Source of the DNA: Vicugna vicugna
Taxonomy: Eukaryota
DNA: 64,000 nucleotides
Reading direction: 5' to 3'
Assembly (NCBI GenBank): GCA_013265495.1
Contig: MU058824.1
Span: 3,189,111 to 3,253,110 of the forward strand
Position numbers and translations under genes: made by a program. The notes below the pieces were generated by a model. The model was not told the DNA's origin and did not search any database. It worked only from the letters and a program-made list of their open reading frames with translations. Below, in pieces: positions 50,991 through 62,324 of the stretch (its first letter is position 1; each line of letters starts with the position of its first letter).

Positions 50991-51339
50991 AAGTCGAAGT
51001 TATATACTGTAACCTCTAGGGTAGCCACTAAAATCAAAGAATGTATAATTAGGAAGTTCAAAGAGGGAAAAAAATGGAAAAATAAAAAATAGTTGATTAA
51101 TCCAAAATAAAGTAAAGAAGAATAGGAAAAAGAATATAAAACAGGTGGGACCAACGGCAAATGAACAGTAAAAAGGTGGCAATAAACGCAAGTAAATCAC
51201 AAGCCTGAATGGCTGCTGGAACCCCACCTAACACACCCACACATTGGCCCAAGATGGGATAACCTGAGCTTCCATAAGGATAATAAAAGCACTAGGTTGA
51301 AACTCATTCAGTATGCTTAAATCCATGAATTTATAATAT

Positions 51340-51554
51340 TTTTTTGTTTGTTTGTTTCACCTTTTTTTAAATTGAAGTATAGTCAGTTACAATGTGTCAA
51401 TTTCTGGTGTACAACACAATATGCCAGTCATGCATATACATATATTTATTCTTTTGATATTCTTTTTCATTAAAAGTTGTTACAAGATATTGAATATGGT
51501 TTCCCATGCTAGACATAAGAAATTTGTTTTTCATCTGTTTTTATACATAGTGGT
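51340..51554 (-). mobile_element. Young L1 3' end
   Basis: T-tail then attgaagtatagtcagttacaatgtgtcaatttctggtgtaca; same 3'UTR family as the copy at 7408-7876. Confidence 0.9.
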
Positions 51555-51660
51555 CATAATGATATGTTTGAAAAACCTACTTGGTCACCTTTGGAGGATG
51601 CTAGGGTAAATAAAGAGGAAGAATCAAGTATTTATCCTAGCTGTCCTACATGAACTATAC

Positions 51661-51835
51661 CCAGTTATATGCTGGTAAAGGTTTAACAATTAGCTCTCTC
51701 AGGGGGAAGAGCCCTAATTTGCATCATTTTCCAATTTCCACAGTGTAAACACTACCATGGCCAATTTCAAGCTAGCAATGTGACGTCAGTGAACATGGGG
51801 TTGGGAAGAGATTGCAGTCGGCTCTCACAAGCTGG
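51661..51835. mobile_element. MER63-like hAT element
   Basis: ccagttatatgctggtaaaggtttaacaattagctctc...gcagtcggctctcacaagctgg. Confidence 0.6.
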
Positions 51836-52609
51836 ATGACTATGTCTCCAAGTTAACAAAACAGCCAGTGAAGGGAAACATCTCTCTATCAAACATATTC
51901 CAACTTATAAATGAAAAAGAAATGCTGGGGTTAGAACATCACCATTTCCCAACTTCCAGTAAAGTAGTGGATCTTGGCATTTGGCACCCACAGCTGCTAA
52001 CATCACACTAGGAGACATAACTGAACATTATGTGCCTCCTGATGAAAGAAGCTCACACCGCCTAGGGTCTTGCCAGTGGGAATGAGCCCAAGTCTGCCGA
52101 GCTTCTGGATGGCAAGTTACTTCCTGCATACCTCAAGGAAAAGCAAGGAGAAAGGCAGGGCAGGATGGAGAACTTTAAATACCCTAAACTTTAAAAGGTT
52201 ATATAGTGCCCACCATGTCCCCATCAGTGCTCTGAGAATTAAAAAAAAACAAACACTAAACAATGAACTAACTATCATGAGGTCTAATAGTGTTCTGACT
52301 TTTTTCCTATTGAGGATTATGTACTTTAATGTTTTTTGGAAAATAACATTGGTGGGTGGCCTTGCTTTACTAGTGCCCTGGGCATGCACTTAGTGTGCCT
52401 GCGATGGGCTGTCTGGCACTGGAGGAAGGAAACGATGTGGCCATAACTCATACAGAGCAGCCCCACTACATTCCCTGACCAAGCAGCTGTGCGTAGGCCT
52501 GGAACATGGACCGCCCTGGAACATGGAAGGGCGGACCACACTTGAGCTTCAGTTGCCTCTGCTTTGTGTGTGCTTCAGTGACTGCACTTACAGAAACACA
52601 GGATTAGTC

Positions 52610-52777
52610 CAGTGGGTCTCAAACTCGAGCATGCATCAGAGTCACCCGGAGGCCTTGTTAAAATACCTAGCTGGGCCCCATCCCAGAGTTTCCGATGCAG
52701 CAGAAATTTGCATTTCTAGCAATTTCCCAGGTGATGCCAATGTTGCTGGTTCAGGGACCACACATTTAGAACGACTG
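52610..52777. mobile_element. MER5A MITE
   Basis: cagtgggtctcaaact...gcatcagagtcacccggaggccttgttaaaa...tttgcatttctagcaatttcccaggtgatgc...gaccacac. Confidence 0.9.
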
Positions 52778-54476
52778 GCCTGGTCTAAACTACTCATTTT
52801 ACACAGAATAAACTGGAGCATTGAGAAGGGAAAGGGCTTGCCAAGGGTCACACACTAAGATCATGGTAAAGCCAGGCCTGGACCTAAGGCCCTTCTCCTC
52901 ATTATGCTAACGTTGTGTGGCCTCCCCTCACGTAGCTCCATTAGTTGCCAACCCAGAGGTTGAAAGGGTCTGACAGGCACTTTGTATTTACAAAATTTGT
53001 TTTATATTTAAATTTTTAATATAATTGCTAATAATCAAATGAGACTCCTGTGTCATTAGGTTTATTAGTGAAACAAATGCATCCAATCTAAGCCATTATT
53101 TCTGTTTGCTTTTAAAACTTTGTCTCCTGCCTTGTCTTTTCTTTTTCTCTGTCCTTCTTTTTCTCTCTGTCTACATTCTTCAGAGCAATTTGCAGTAAGA
53201 TTTCCCCAAAGACTAATATGTTTACAAGTTCTCTTCTGTCTAGATTCCAAGTGTCTCCTTCACATTTTCCAGTAAAACTCCATCCTGCCACTGCGCCGTC
53301 CATTATCACAGAAGCAGAAGGAAGACAACCTAGACTGGAAGTAACGGTGCACACAGCCTTGCCACGTACAGCACTACGAAAATCGTTCTGTCGAAACATA
53401 GATCCACAGCAATAGGTGAGAAGACATACTTAATCAAAAGCACGTTAGTCTGAAAATTACTTTCTTTGTTTAACAAAGATTTTTCTTAAGTGTCGGCTAT
53501 GTGCAAAAGAGCAAGCTGCATTAGTAATTGGCATCCACCAGGATTAGGTTCTCCTTTTTGTCTGAGCCTTGTCCTGCTTTTAACCTTGCTGTATGTCATG
53601 GCCCTATTCCTGAGCACCTGATAATATACATCCTGTTCACAGTTTAGGCTGTTAATAAAATGTCTGTTGAATTGAGTTGAGCTTAAGCCTGGTTAGATCT
53701 TGCTGGTAACTCTTACAAACCTCCCATTCTTCCCATTACTTTGTAGCCAGAATAGGCTATATATTTTCCCATCCCAAATCTGGCAACTTCATCATAGTGC
53801 CTGAGTACATATCCTCCTCCACCCAGTATCCCAAAACTAGACAGATTATAAGTCACCCACTTTGGGGGAAGGCATGATGAAATAAAATGAGCTGTTTAAA
53901 AAGGAAATGATGACTGGAGATGAAAGAAGAGGACCCTGAATCTTAAAACTATTGTGGACAGTGAAGTGGGAAGATGCCACCAATATAAAAAGTAAGAAAT
54001 AAAATTTTGTCAGAAGAGTTATTATTTCAGAAACCAAAGAAGGTAGAATACGAAAGAAAAACTTAAAAGAGGAGGATCAAAGGGTCTCTTAGGGATTTAA
54101 TGCAGCTCTTGAGCCAAGAAGCAGAAAGACCAGGGAAATTCGGAAACTCAGGGAATTGAAATAAAGGGATTGGGCTCGAATTCAGTGGGTCTTGGACTGC
54201 AGTTTCAGCTGGGGTTGAAAGAGTGGAGAGTAAAAGAACTATGCTTCTTTGGGACCATTAGAGCTGAAATAAATAATATGTAGGAAAAACTGAATTAGCA
54301 AAGTTGACCTGGAAAAATGGAAGAACTGACAATGACAGAAAGAAAAAAAAAAAGCCAGATTCCATGTGAATCTCTGTTACGCTAAAGGGAATGAAGACAA
54401 ACAGTCACCTCTCTGCATTAGATTTTACCCTCAAGAGCTTCAAGTTCTTGGGCAAAGCAGTATCTGTACCCTCAAC

Positions 54477-54668
54477 CAGTGCTTCTCAAACTTCAAAGTG
54501 TACACAAAACCCCTAGGGGCCTTGCTAACACACAAATTTCAGGGCCCTGTCCCCCAGGGATTCTGATTCAGTAGGTCTGTGGGGAAGCGCATAATCTGCA
54601 TTTCTAACAAGCTCCAAGGTGGTGCTGGTGGTGCTGATGGAAGGGCAGACCACACTTGAGCAGCACTG
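54477..54668. mobile_element. MER5A MITE
   Basis: cagtgcttctcaaact...gattctgattcagtaggtctg...ctgcatttctaacaagctcc...ttgagcagcactg. Confidence 0.9.
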
Positions 54669-56066
54669 CTCACACAGCCAGCTTAGGGGGTGGAGCGCTC
54701 TGGGCACAGAGGGGCTACGCTGCGGGCACAAGAATGTGTCCTCTCGTGGGCAGACAGTCCCTTCACTCCCTGAGATGGCTGCTGGGTGAAAACCACATCA
54801 CACCTCCACCCAGTTATGTCACATTCATGCTCCACACCTGCAGTTCCTTTAGCTATTTACACATCTTCTCCAGGTCCTTCAGCTCTGGAAGCAGTGATAT
54901 CAACAGGCCCCGTGACAGGCCTGTGGCCAGTTCCTAAGCATTTAGGGACTGCCCAGGGTTCAGGAGAGATTCACCCAAGCTGATGTCTGGGACCAGCAAT
55001 GGGGAGCACTCCCCAGAGTGCAGGGGTCTCCCTGTGCTTGCTGCCTCGAGAAGGGCGCAAGACTTCCCTCAGATGACTTCCCAGCAGGGAGCTCCCTGCC
55101 TGTATTTCATCTCACAAACTTCAGCAGAATCAGAGCTCTGAATGCAAAATCATAAGTACTGGAGAGGGAACCAGCCTAACATCTCATTTAGGGCCTATCC
55201 CTGAAGGCCAGACTAAGAAAAGCAATTACAGTCCAAGAACAGTCTTTTTTCATGGGACTGAGAGATTTCATACAGCTTTCATACAGCTTTTCATCTTTTA
55301 GACTCTACATCCCCCAAATTACAGTGTGTGCAGCAGTTTTAGGCTGTGAGAGGAAACTAGTAAATTCAGGTAAGGAGTCCCATGTCCAGACCCGGGATCC
55401 TTGGTCAAAGCTACTAACAATGTCTCACTCTAAGAACATATGGAGGAACTTTACCTTGATGGAGTGTAGTTTAGCATTTTCCAATTACTTTAATTCTGTT
55501 GGGTTATTAAAGGGATAGAAAATGTTGAAGAAGGTAAAAAGTCCCACAGTGACAAAGCTGATTGAAAGAGACTGTGCATGAATCAAGGGAGGAAGGGTGT
55601 ATGTTCAGAATTCAATTTAATTCAATGCCACAAATGTTAATGGAACGGCTCCCTGGGCCAGACACTGTGCTGGTAGGGTGGAGTGCGCCAAGACGAAAAA
55701 GGAATGATCCCAGATGATAAGAACTATCCTTCACATCTTTCTAGTGATTTATGTCAAAAATTAATTTAACAAACACTTTTTACAAGCTTTATCTCACTTT
55801 ATTTTCATAATGACCTTAGAGAGCAGACACAGCAGGAATTAATATCATTGTTCTCCAGATAAACTGAGATTCGACGGTTATATTATGTGCCCAAGCCTGG
55901 CGCTTATCTTTCATTATTTTGATGTTATTACTAGGTTTTCTTATCAAGTGTGTGGTAATGATCATATTGGAATCAGGTTTCATGGTGAAACCCCTGTTTG
56001 AAATTCCCAGGATTTAAGGAACTCCAGGACACTCAATATCACCTAACATACAGCACAATTTAACAC

Positions 56067-56519
56067 TGTATGTTGGTTACTCTCCGTTTGTTCCCCCCAC
56101 CCTCTCCCCTATCATTACTTCTGCCCATGTTTCCCCCTGCTCTGTGCCCTGAGAAGCCCACCCCTATAACTGCATTACCTGGTCATCTTTTCAGTTCAGT
56201 TTAGCCAATGAAAGGAACCAGCAGACCAAAAGGCAGCAATGGACAGAGGTAAGGGTATTTCTTCCCTGCTCCCTTGTTTTTCCTTCCTAGATCACAGCAC
56301 CTCCACGACTTCAGCTGTCATTGGAACCTAGTAACGCTATTTCCTCCTGTTGCCCCTGAGGGGTGCTAAAGCTTCCCACTCTTGCTAATCTCTGGGTGCC
56401 TCACCACCTCCAGTTGGTTCCCTGAATCCTACCCACATCTCTGCAAGTAGTGCCTTCATTAAAATCTCTTGAACCACCTCAGTCAGATTCTGTTTCCCGC
56501 TGGGACCCTGAACCATACA
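56067..56519 (-). mobile_element. Solo ERVL LTR (LTR33-like)
   Basis: TG...CA ends; minus strand starts tgtatggttcagggtcccagcgggaaacag; internal ttagccaatgaaagg and ccctgctctgtgccc motifs. Confidence 0.7.
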
Positions 56520-56708
56520 CACCTCTCCCACATAGCCCTAACCTGTAAAAATCAATCTAAAGCCCAGAGGAACACAGTGAGCCTAAAACATCCAGTCACG
56601 GACTCATTGATTTTTCTCTTTTAATAATTCATGTTTGTTTCTCCAGTGCTCATTCGCCACAATCCTACCTTAAGCCCCCTTGTTTTTAATCTCTGGCCTG
56701 AACTTTTT

Positions 56709-56840
56709 TGTTTTGTTTTGTTTTGTTTTGGAGGGAGGTACTTAGGTTTATTTATATATTTGAATGGAGGTACTGGGGATTGAACCCAAAATCTCATGCG
56801 CGCTAAGCACACGCTCTACCACTAAGCTATACCCTCCCCA
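56709..56840 (-). mobile_element. tRNA-derived SINE (Vic-1-like)
   Basis: Reverse-complement A/B boxes, (TTTTG)n tail; TSD ctgaacttttt at 56698-56708 and 56841-56851. Confidence 0.93.
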
Positions 56841-56851
56841 CTGAACTTTTT

Positions 56852-57256
56852 AAAAAAAATTTTTGGAGTATAGTTGATTTAAAATGTTGTGTTAGTTTCT
56901 GGTGTACAGCATAGTGATTCAGTTACACATATATGTATCTTTTTCATAATAGGCTATTACAAGATATTGAATATAGTTCCCTGTGCTATACAGTAGGACC
57001 TTGCTGTTTTTCTATTTTCTATACAGTAGTTTGTATCTGCAAATCTCAAACCCCTTATTTATCTCTCCCCCATTTTCCCCTTTGGTAACCATAAGTTTGT
57101 TTCCTATGTCTGTGAGTCTGTTTCTGTTTTGTAAATAAGTTCATTTGTGTCATTTTTTCAGATTCCACATATAAGTGATGTCATATATTTGTCTTTCTCT
57201 GTCTTACTTAATTCACTTAGTATGATAATCTCTAGGCCCATCCATGTTGCTGTAAA
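56852..57256 (-). mobile_element. L1 3' end (5'-truncated)
   Basis: ggagtatagttgattt...gttagtttctggtgtacagcatagtgattcag...tagtatgataatctctaggcccatccatgttgctg. Confidence 0.92.
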
Positions 57257-57269
57257 TCTGGTCTCTAGA

Positions 57270-57850
57270 ACCTCCAGTCAGTTCTAACCACAGCCTGCTA
57301 CTGTATTAAATTGGTGCACAACTCTGATCATATCATTCCTATGGTGGCTCCCAAGTGCCTATGGCATAAAAGTTGAAACCCTTTAGCCCAGCATGCAGGA
57401 CTCTCATCTGTGTGCCCAGCTTTATGGACGACTCCCCTGTGTATGTCTGTGCCCTCCCTCCCCCGACCCCTCACCAAAATGTAGGATCTCCATTTTATTT
57501 ACACCGTTTCCTTTGCCATGAAAGACCTTAACTTTGGAACTGTTCACAGACTTCAAGGTCCAGCCCAAATGTTGCCTCCTGCTTGAAGATGTTCTGTTTC
57601 TGAATAGAGATAAACAAACACTTTCTCTTCTAAACTCTCATGGGTCTTTTTGCATCTCTTTCTCATGGCACTTAGCCTGTTGAACCTCTCAGTGCTGTTA
57701 TTGGTGTCTATTCAATCCCACACCCCATTCTAAGCAGCTTTTCCAAGACAGGCTGTCTGGTTCATAATAGTTCCCTAATGAAGAGCACGGGACATAGCAC
57801 AGAGTAGGTCTCAGCAAGTATGTGTTAGGTGAATGAACACGTGAATGGAT
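57270..57850 (+). mobile_element. L2 3' region
   Basis: ctgatcatatcattcct, cttcaaggtccagcccaaatgttgcctcc, gcacagagtaggtctcagcaagtatgtgttaggtgaatgaa. Confidence 0.7.
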
Positions 57851-59387
57851 TCAATTTAACATCCCCTCAGCACCTGTGTGGTTAAACTTTAAAATATTTG
57901 ACTGATCAGCCGAACAAGCTGGCTAAGATATGCTAAATGTCAAATATGATATACTGTGTATAAACACATCTGCATATTTGCCTACTTTGTATGACTCTCT
58001 CTTAATATGGATACATACATTATTTTATCATATGCTATTTTTAAAAAGATCTCTCTTTGGACAAAATGGTACCACATACATAAGCATCTTTTAAAAAAAA
58101 CAACCTAAATGTTCTAAAGCTGAACTAGGTCCTAGAAGAGGTTTCTGAAGGGCAATTGGATGCGTGCAGCTTTAAAAGATTCTACTTCTTTCTCATTTCC
58201 TATCAATCAGCCCCATCCTCTCCTTGCATCCAATTTTGTTTAATGAGGCTACTGCAATGTATTTATTTTGGGGTGATTGAATTTAGAAAGACATTCATCT
58301 AACGCACGATTGCTGCCACAAGCTGAATGGCTGCATCGTAACAGGGATGATGGCATTAATCCGAGGACAGCTGTTTCTTATCATTTCTAACACACACACA
58401 AAAGCTCAGGCCAGGCAGGAGGTTTTGCCTCAGTTGCAAGATGGGACTGATTGCATCTGAAGCAGAAATGCTTCTGGACAGGTGGAAGTAGACAAGGAGA
58501 AAGAAAAAAAAATGCCCTTCAAGGACTAAATCTTTGGTTTTCAGAACTATGTCTGTCATGATGGTGAGAGTTGCTTCTGGCCCTTTGGTATATTCAAGAC
58601 ATTCTAGTTAAAAAGAGATAATTTGATAAGGACAGCAAAAGCGTTTGTGTGGGTGACTAACCTTTTAAGAGCTTACAAGTCTGCTGTCAGTAGTTGCAGC
58701 TATTAAAGAATAATGATACTACTGGCTCACATTTGCAGGCTACGTTTTAGTTTAATACGCTTTCACATTCACCATCTCAGGCAAGTTAAGTTGGAGTAGT
58801 GTAGGTACGTCCCTAGAGCCCAGGCTCCCAGGCAGCTGGGGAGCCCCTTCCGAAAGAAATCTCAGTTAATATTTGCCTGGTGCTGATGCCCCAGATCCCC
58901 CATGCGAGGCATCATTTTTTTGAACTCAGGCACTTTTAGTGTTAAAGCAAAAATGTCCCTGGAAATAAGCAGGTAGCCAACTCTTGACTCTTTTACACCT
59001 GAGTATAAATGCATTCTCAGCTCAACAGCTGCTAAGCTTTTGAGCAGATCATGAATGTAGTAAGAGAGTAAAAGGAAGTTAGGAACCTAACAAGAGACTT
59101 TGATGACACATTTCGCTTGCTACTGCTTTTGTGGTAACAGGAAACAGGGAGGGTAGTGTTAACATCAACACAGGACTTGGTACAGCTGAGAGCTACAGTC
59201 ATCTGCCACCTACAACCACACACCTTACAAAGGTGATAACATGTTACAAGAATTCAATTTTTAAAAAGCCCTAAGTTTGAATTATAGTGCATCCTAATAT
59301 AAACAACACTCATTCATTTTTTTTTCATCTGTTCATCTATTCATGCTGTACCCAGTTAAGTTGAACAACCAAAACTTACAGAATATA

Positions 59388-59612
59388 GGGGGAGGGTACA
59401 GCTAGCATAAGTGCACAAGCTTAGCATGCACAGAGTCCTGGGGGTTCAATCCCCAGCACCTCCATCAAAATAAATAAGTAAATAAATAAACCTAATTACC
59501 TCCCCTGAAACAAAAAACCAAACAAACAATAAACACACTTTAAAAAATTTAAAAATGAAAATAAAAAAATTAAGACTTGTGAATATTTTCAGAAAAAATA
59601 TTCAAAAAAAAC
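59388..59612 (+). mobile_element. tRNA-derived SINE (Vic-1-like) with extended A-rich tail
   Basis: gggggagggtacagct..., gggttcaatcccc B box, cctaattacctcccc; TSD cttacagaatata at 59375-59387 and 59613-59625. Confidence 0.92.
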
Positions 59613-61534
59613 CTTACAGAATATAATGAAAATGCTGTTTTAAATCTCCCACTGCCCTTTAAACATATCAGGGGTGGAATGGGGACAGCTTCCTTTGCCA
59701 TAAGATATAAACTTAATCATGCACCTGGGTTTTGGTGGCCACACTTAAGTAGCCCAAAGTCCTACCTTCACTTTAAGTCACTGTACCAATTCAGTAAATT
59801 AAAATGTTCACATCCATGTAGTAATAGAAACTTATAACCTCACTCAGGGGGCTTTCAGCCGGTGGGAAACCAAGGTGTAAATCTTCTTTTTCCTTCCTTA
59901 CAGTCCCATCTTGCTAAAGGACCCCTAGAGAAAGAGCGAGAGGAGGAGAGGGAAGGTGGGTAAACAGGGCTTGTTTGATTGAGACACTGGTGAGATGGTG
60001 TCACACTCTCTAGGCCTGGCAGTTGTTTAAAACTGACTTTCTCTTCTGTGCTATTATTGTGAGTTCCTCAGAGACCTACCCTCTCCCCCAACCCAGGTGG
60101 TCTCTCACTTGACCGGGTCCCTTAACCTGAACAAAAACACTCTGTTCAGGCAGGAGCTTCCACCTCCAGCCCTGGAAAATGCTGCAGCCCTCATCCAGCC
60201 TCCCCTCAGCTGGGGCCTCTTCATATCCTCTATTAAACGAATCTAGGGTGCGTCCCACACCGGCTCTCCCCTGCAGAGCTGGGCAGGCTGCTCCTTGGAG
60301 CATTCTTTGCCTGAACCAATTCTGGGAGCATTGGCCAATCGGGAAGTAGCAGCAGCCTCCTTTGCTCTGCTGCCAAAGCATTAGCCAGCCCTGCTCTTTT
60401 CCTGTAAATTTACAGGGAGGGAGTCAGACCCAGTCCCCAGGGCCCATAACTGCAGGAGACCCAGCTCAAGCTCTGAGTGGTCTTGTTGCAATGAGGTGAG
60501 GAGAGAAGAGGTGAGACGAGATGGGCACCCACATCCCTTACCCCCTGGGGCCACAGTGGTACTTCGCACACTCACTGCTCCCTCCAAAGAACTCCTCTGC
60601 AAAAGCCTCCAAAAGTAGCATATTTGGACCCTTGATGGGGGTGACAGTGCAAGAGTCTTGTAACCACTTTTCTGCTAAATCTTTTTATAGGTTCTTCTGG
60701 ACACTGTCCCACCATTCTAGGTACCTGATAGCTATTATGCCTTGCTTCTCTGCGGGAATTCCAGTCTAACGCTCTGTTACAATTCATTCATGTATCCAGC
60801 AGACAATTATTGAAGGTCTACCTCAATGTATAGGCTCTCCTGTTCCCTACTTCCTTTCCCTTCTCATTTATTCTCTTTTTTACTTTCCTGCTACCAAGTG
60901 TTATCGATGATGAATCAATCATTCTCTCTCTTTCTCCCTTCCTCCCTCCCCTCAAATTTCCAGCTGTCATTGTAGATACATGTGAGAAAATGTTTTCACT
61001 TCCTATACCAAAATGGATGACAAGGAAACTGATAAAAATTAAAATAAAAAACTGTACGAATGAAAATACTGGATGTCAGATTATCTTACAAGCATAGTCA
61101 TTTTTTTTAAACCCAAAGCCTAGAATGTTGTATATTTGGATCTGGATTCTTCAAAGTTCAAGTTGCAAAGAAAGTTCTTGCAAACACCCACTCTTTAAAA
61201 TGATACAGCAAAGAAGGTGCTTGACCATGTGTTCCTAGTAGGGCTTGGGGTAGTAGGAAACAAGCTAAGGATAAACAGGGGCCGGCGAGGAATTTGATTA
61301 TTGCTAAAGAAACAACATAACTAACTGTGCCATACTTTCTGCAGTATATAAATATAAGCATATAAATAGGATAAAATAAAAATAGGGGGTGAAAGGAATA
61401 CTAAGTGCTCTAAAACCGCCCCAGCAGACAACTGGAACATCTAACAGGATTTCTGAAATACATAACAGTTGTCTACTTCACTAAGCCCTTGAATCCTTAA
61501 CCCAAGTCGTTTTTTTTTTTAAATAATCATGATG

Positions 61535-61780
61535 ATCAATAGCTAACATGTAATTAGGGCTTTCTCTACACCAGCACTGGACTAACTTATTTCTGGTACA
61601 TGTTATTTAATCCTCACAACAGTCCTGTGAAAAAGATAGTATTATTCCTGTTTCATAGATGAGAAGAATAAGCCTCAGTGGTTAAGGCATTTGTCGTAAG
61701 TTGTGTGCCTTGTAAGTGATGGGGCTGCTAGTCCTGCCTGGCGCTCAGTAATGCCAGGACCACAGCTCCTTCCGCCATGC
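61535..61780 (-). mobile_element. MIR SINE
   Basis: aatagctaacat...atttaatcctcacaacagtcctgtga...attattcctgtttcatagatgagaa. Confidence 0.85.
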
Positions 61781-62324
61781 TACTGCGCTCTGACTGGAGG
61801 CAGATAAAAGTGATTATTCCACTCCTAATTTTGCCTATTTGTGGAGAAGCGAGGGAAAAGGAATTTCAGATTCATCTAGAAGCCTTTGATTTTTTTTTAA
61901 AGAGCTACCTTAAATTTAAGTGGCCATTTGATTGATCTCTGTATTATTGAAAGCTCCAGCAGTCACAATGCCCCTCTGTTACAGAGGAGGGATGGATTGC
62001 AGCTGCCAACTGCCTCCTAATTATCTTCTATTGAGGGAAGTATCACAGTGCCAATTCCAGGATGTGGGGGGAGGAAGGAGACAAAGGGATCTGGGAATAC
62101 AGTTTTTTTTTCTTATTTACTCAATGTCAATTAGCACCTACAAAAAGCAGTATGCAATGAGTGAGCACCTTCATTATATCAAGCTAATCCACCAAGACAA
62201 TTTGGCAGAGTCCCCACATATGACTGTATCTCTTTGGACTCAATTTCTCTGTAGCCTTCACCTTCCCCTCATCTCTACATGAATAAACCCTTCCTTCCCT
62301 CTCTCCCACCCTCTTTTTCCTCCT

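Larger units (their letters stand above)
50990..52100 (+). mobile_element. Old L1M fragments hosting younger insertions
   Basis: Inter-ORF-like gtaacctctagggtagccactaaaa and L1MC-like 3' motifs cacctttggaggatgctaggg, gacataactgaacattatgtgcctcctgatg. Confidence 0.6.
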
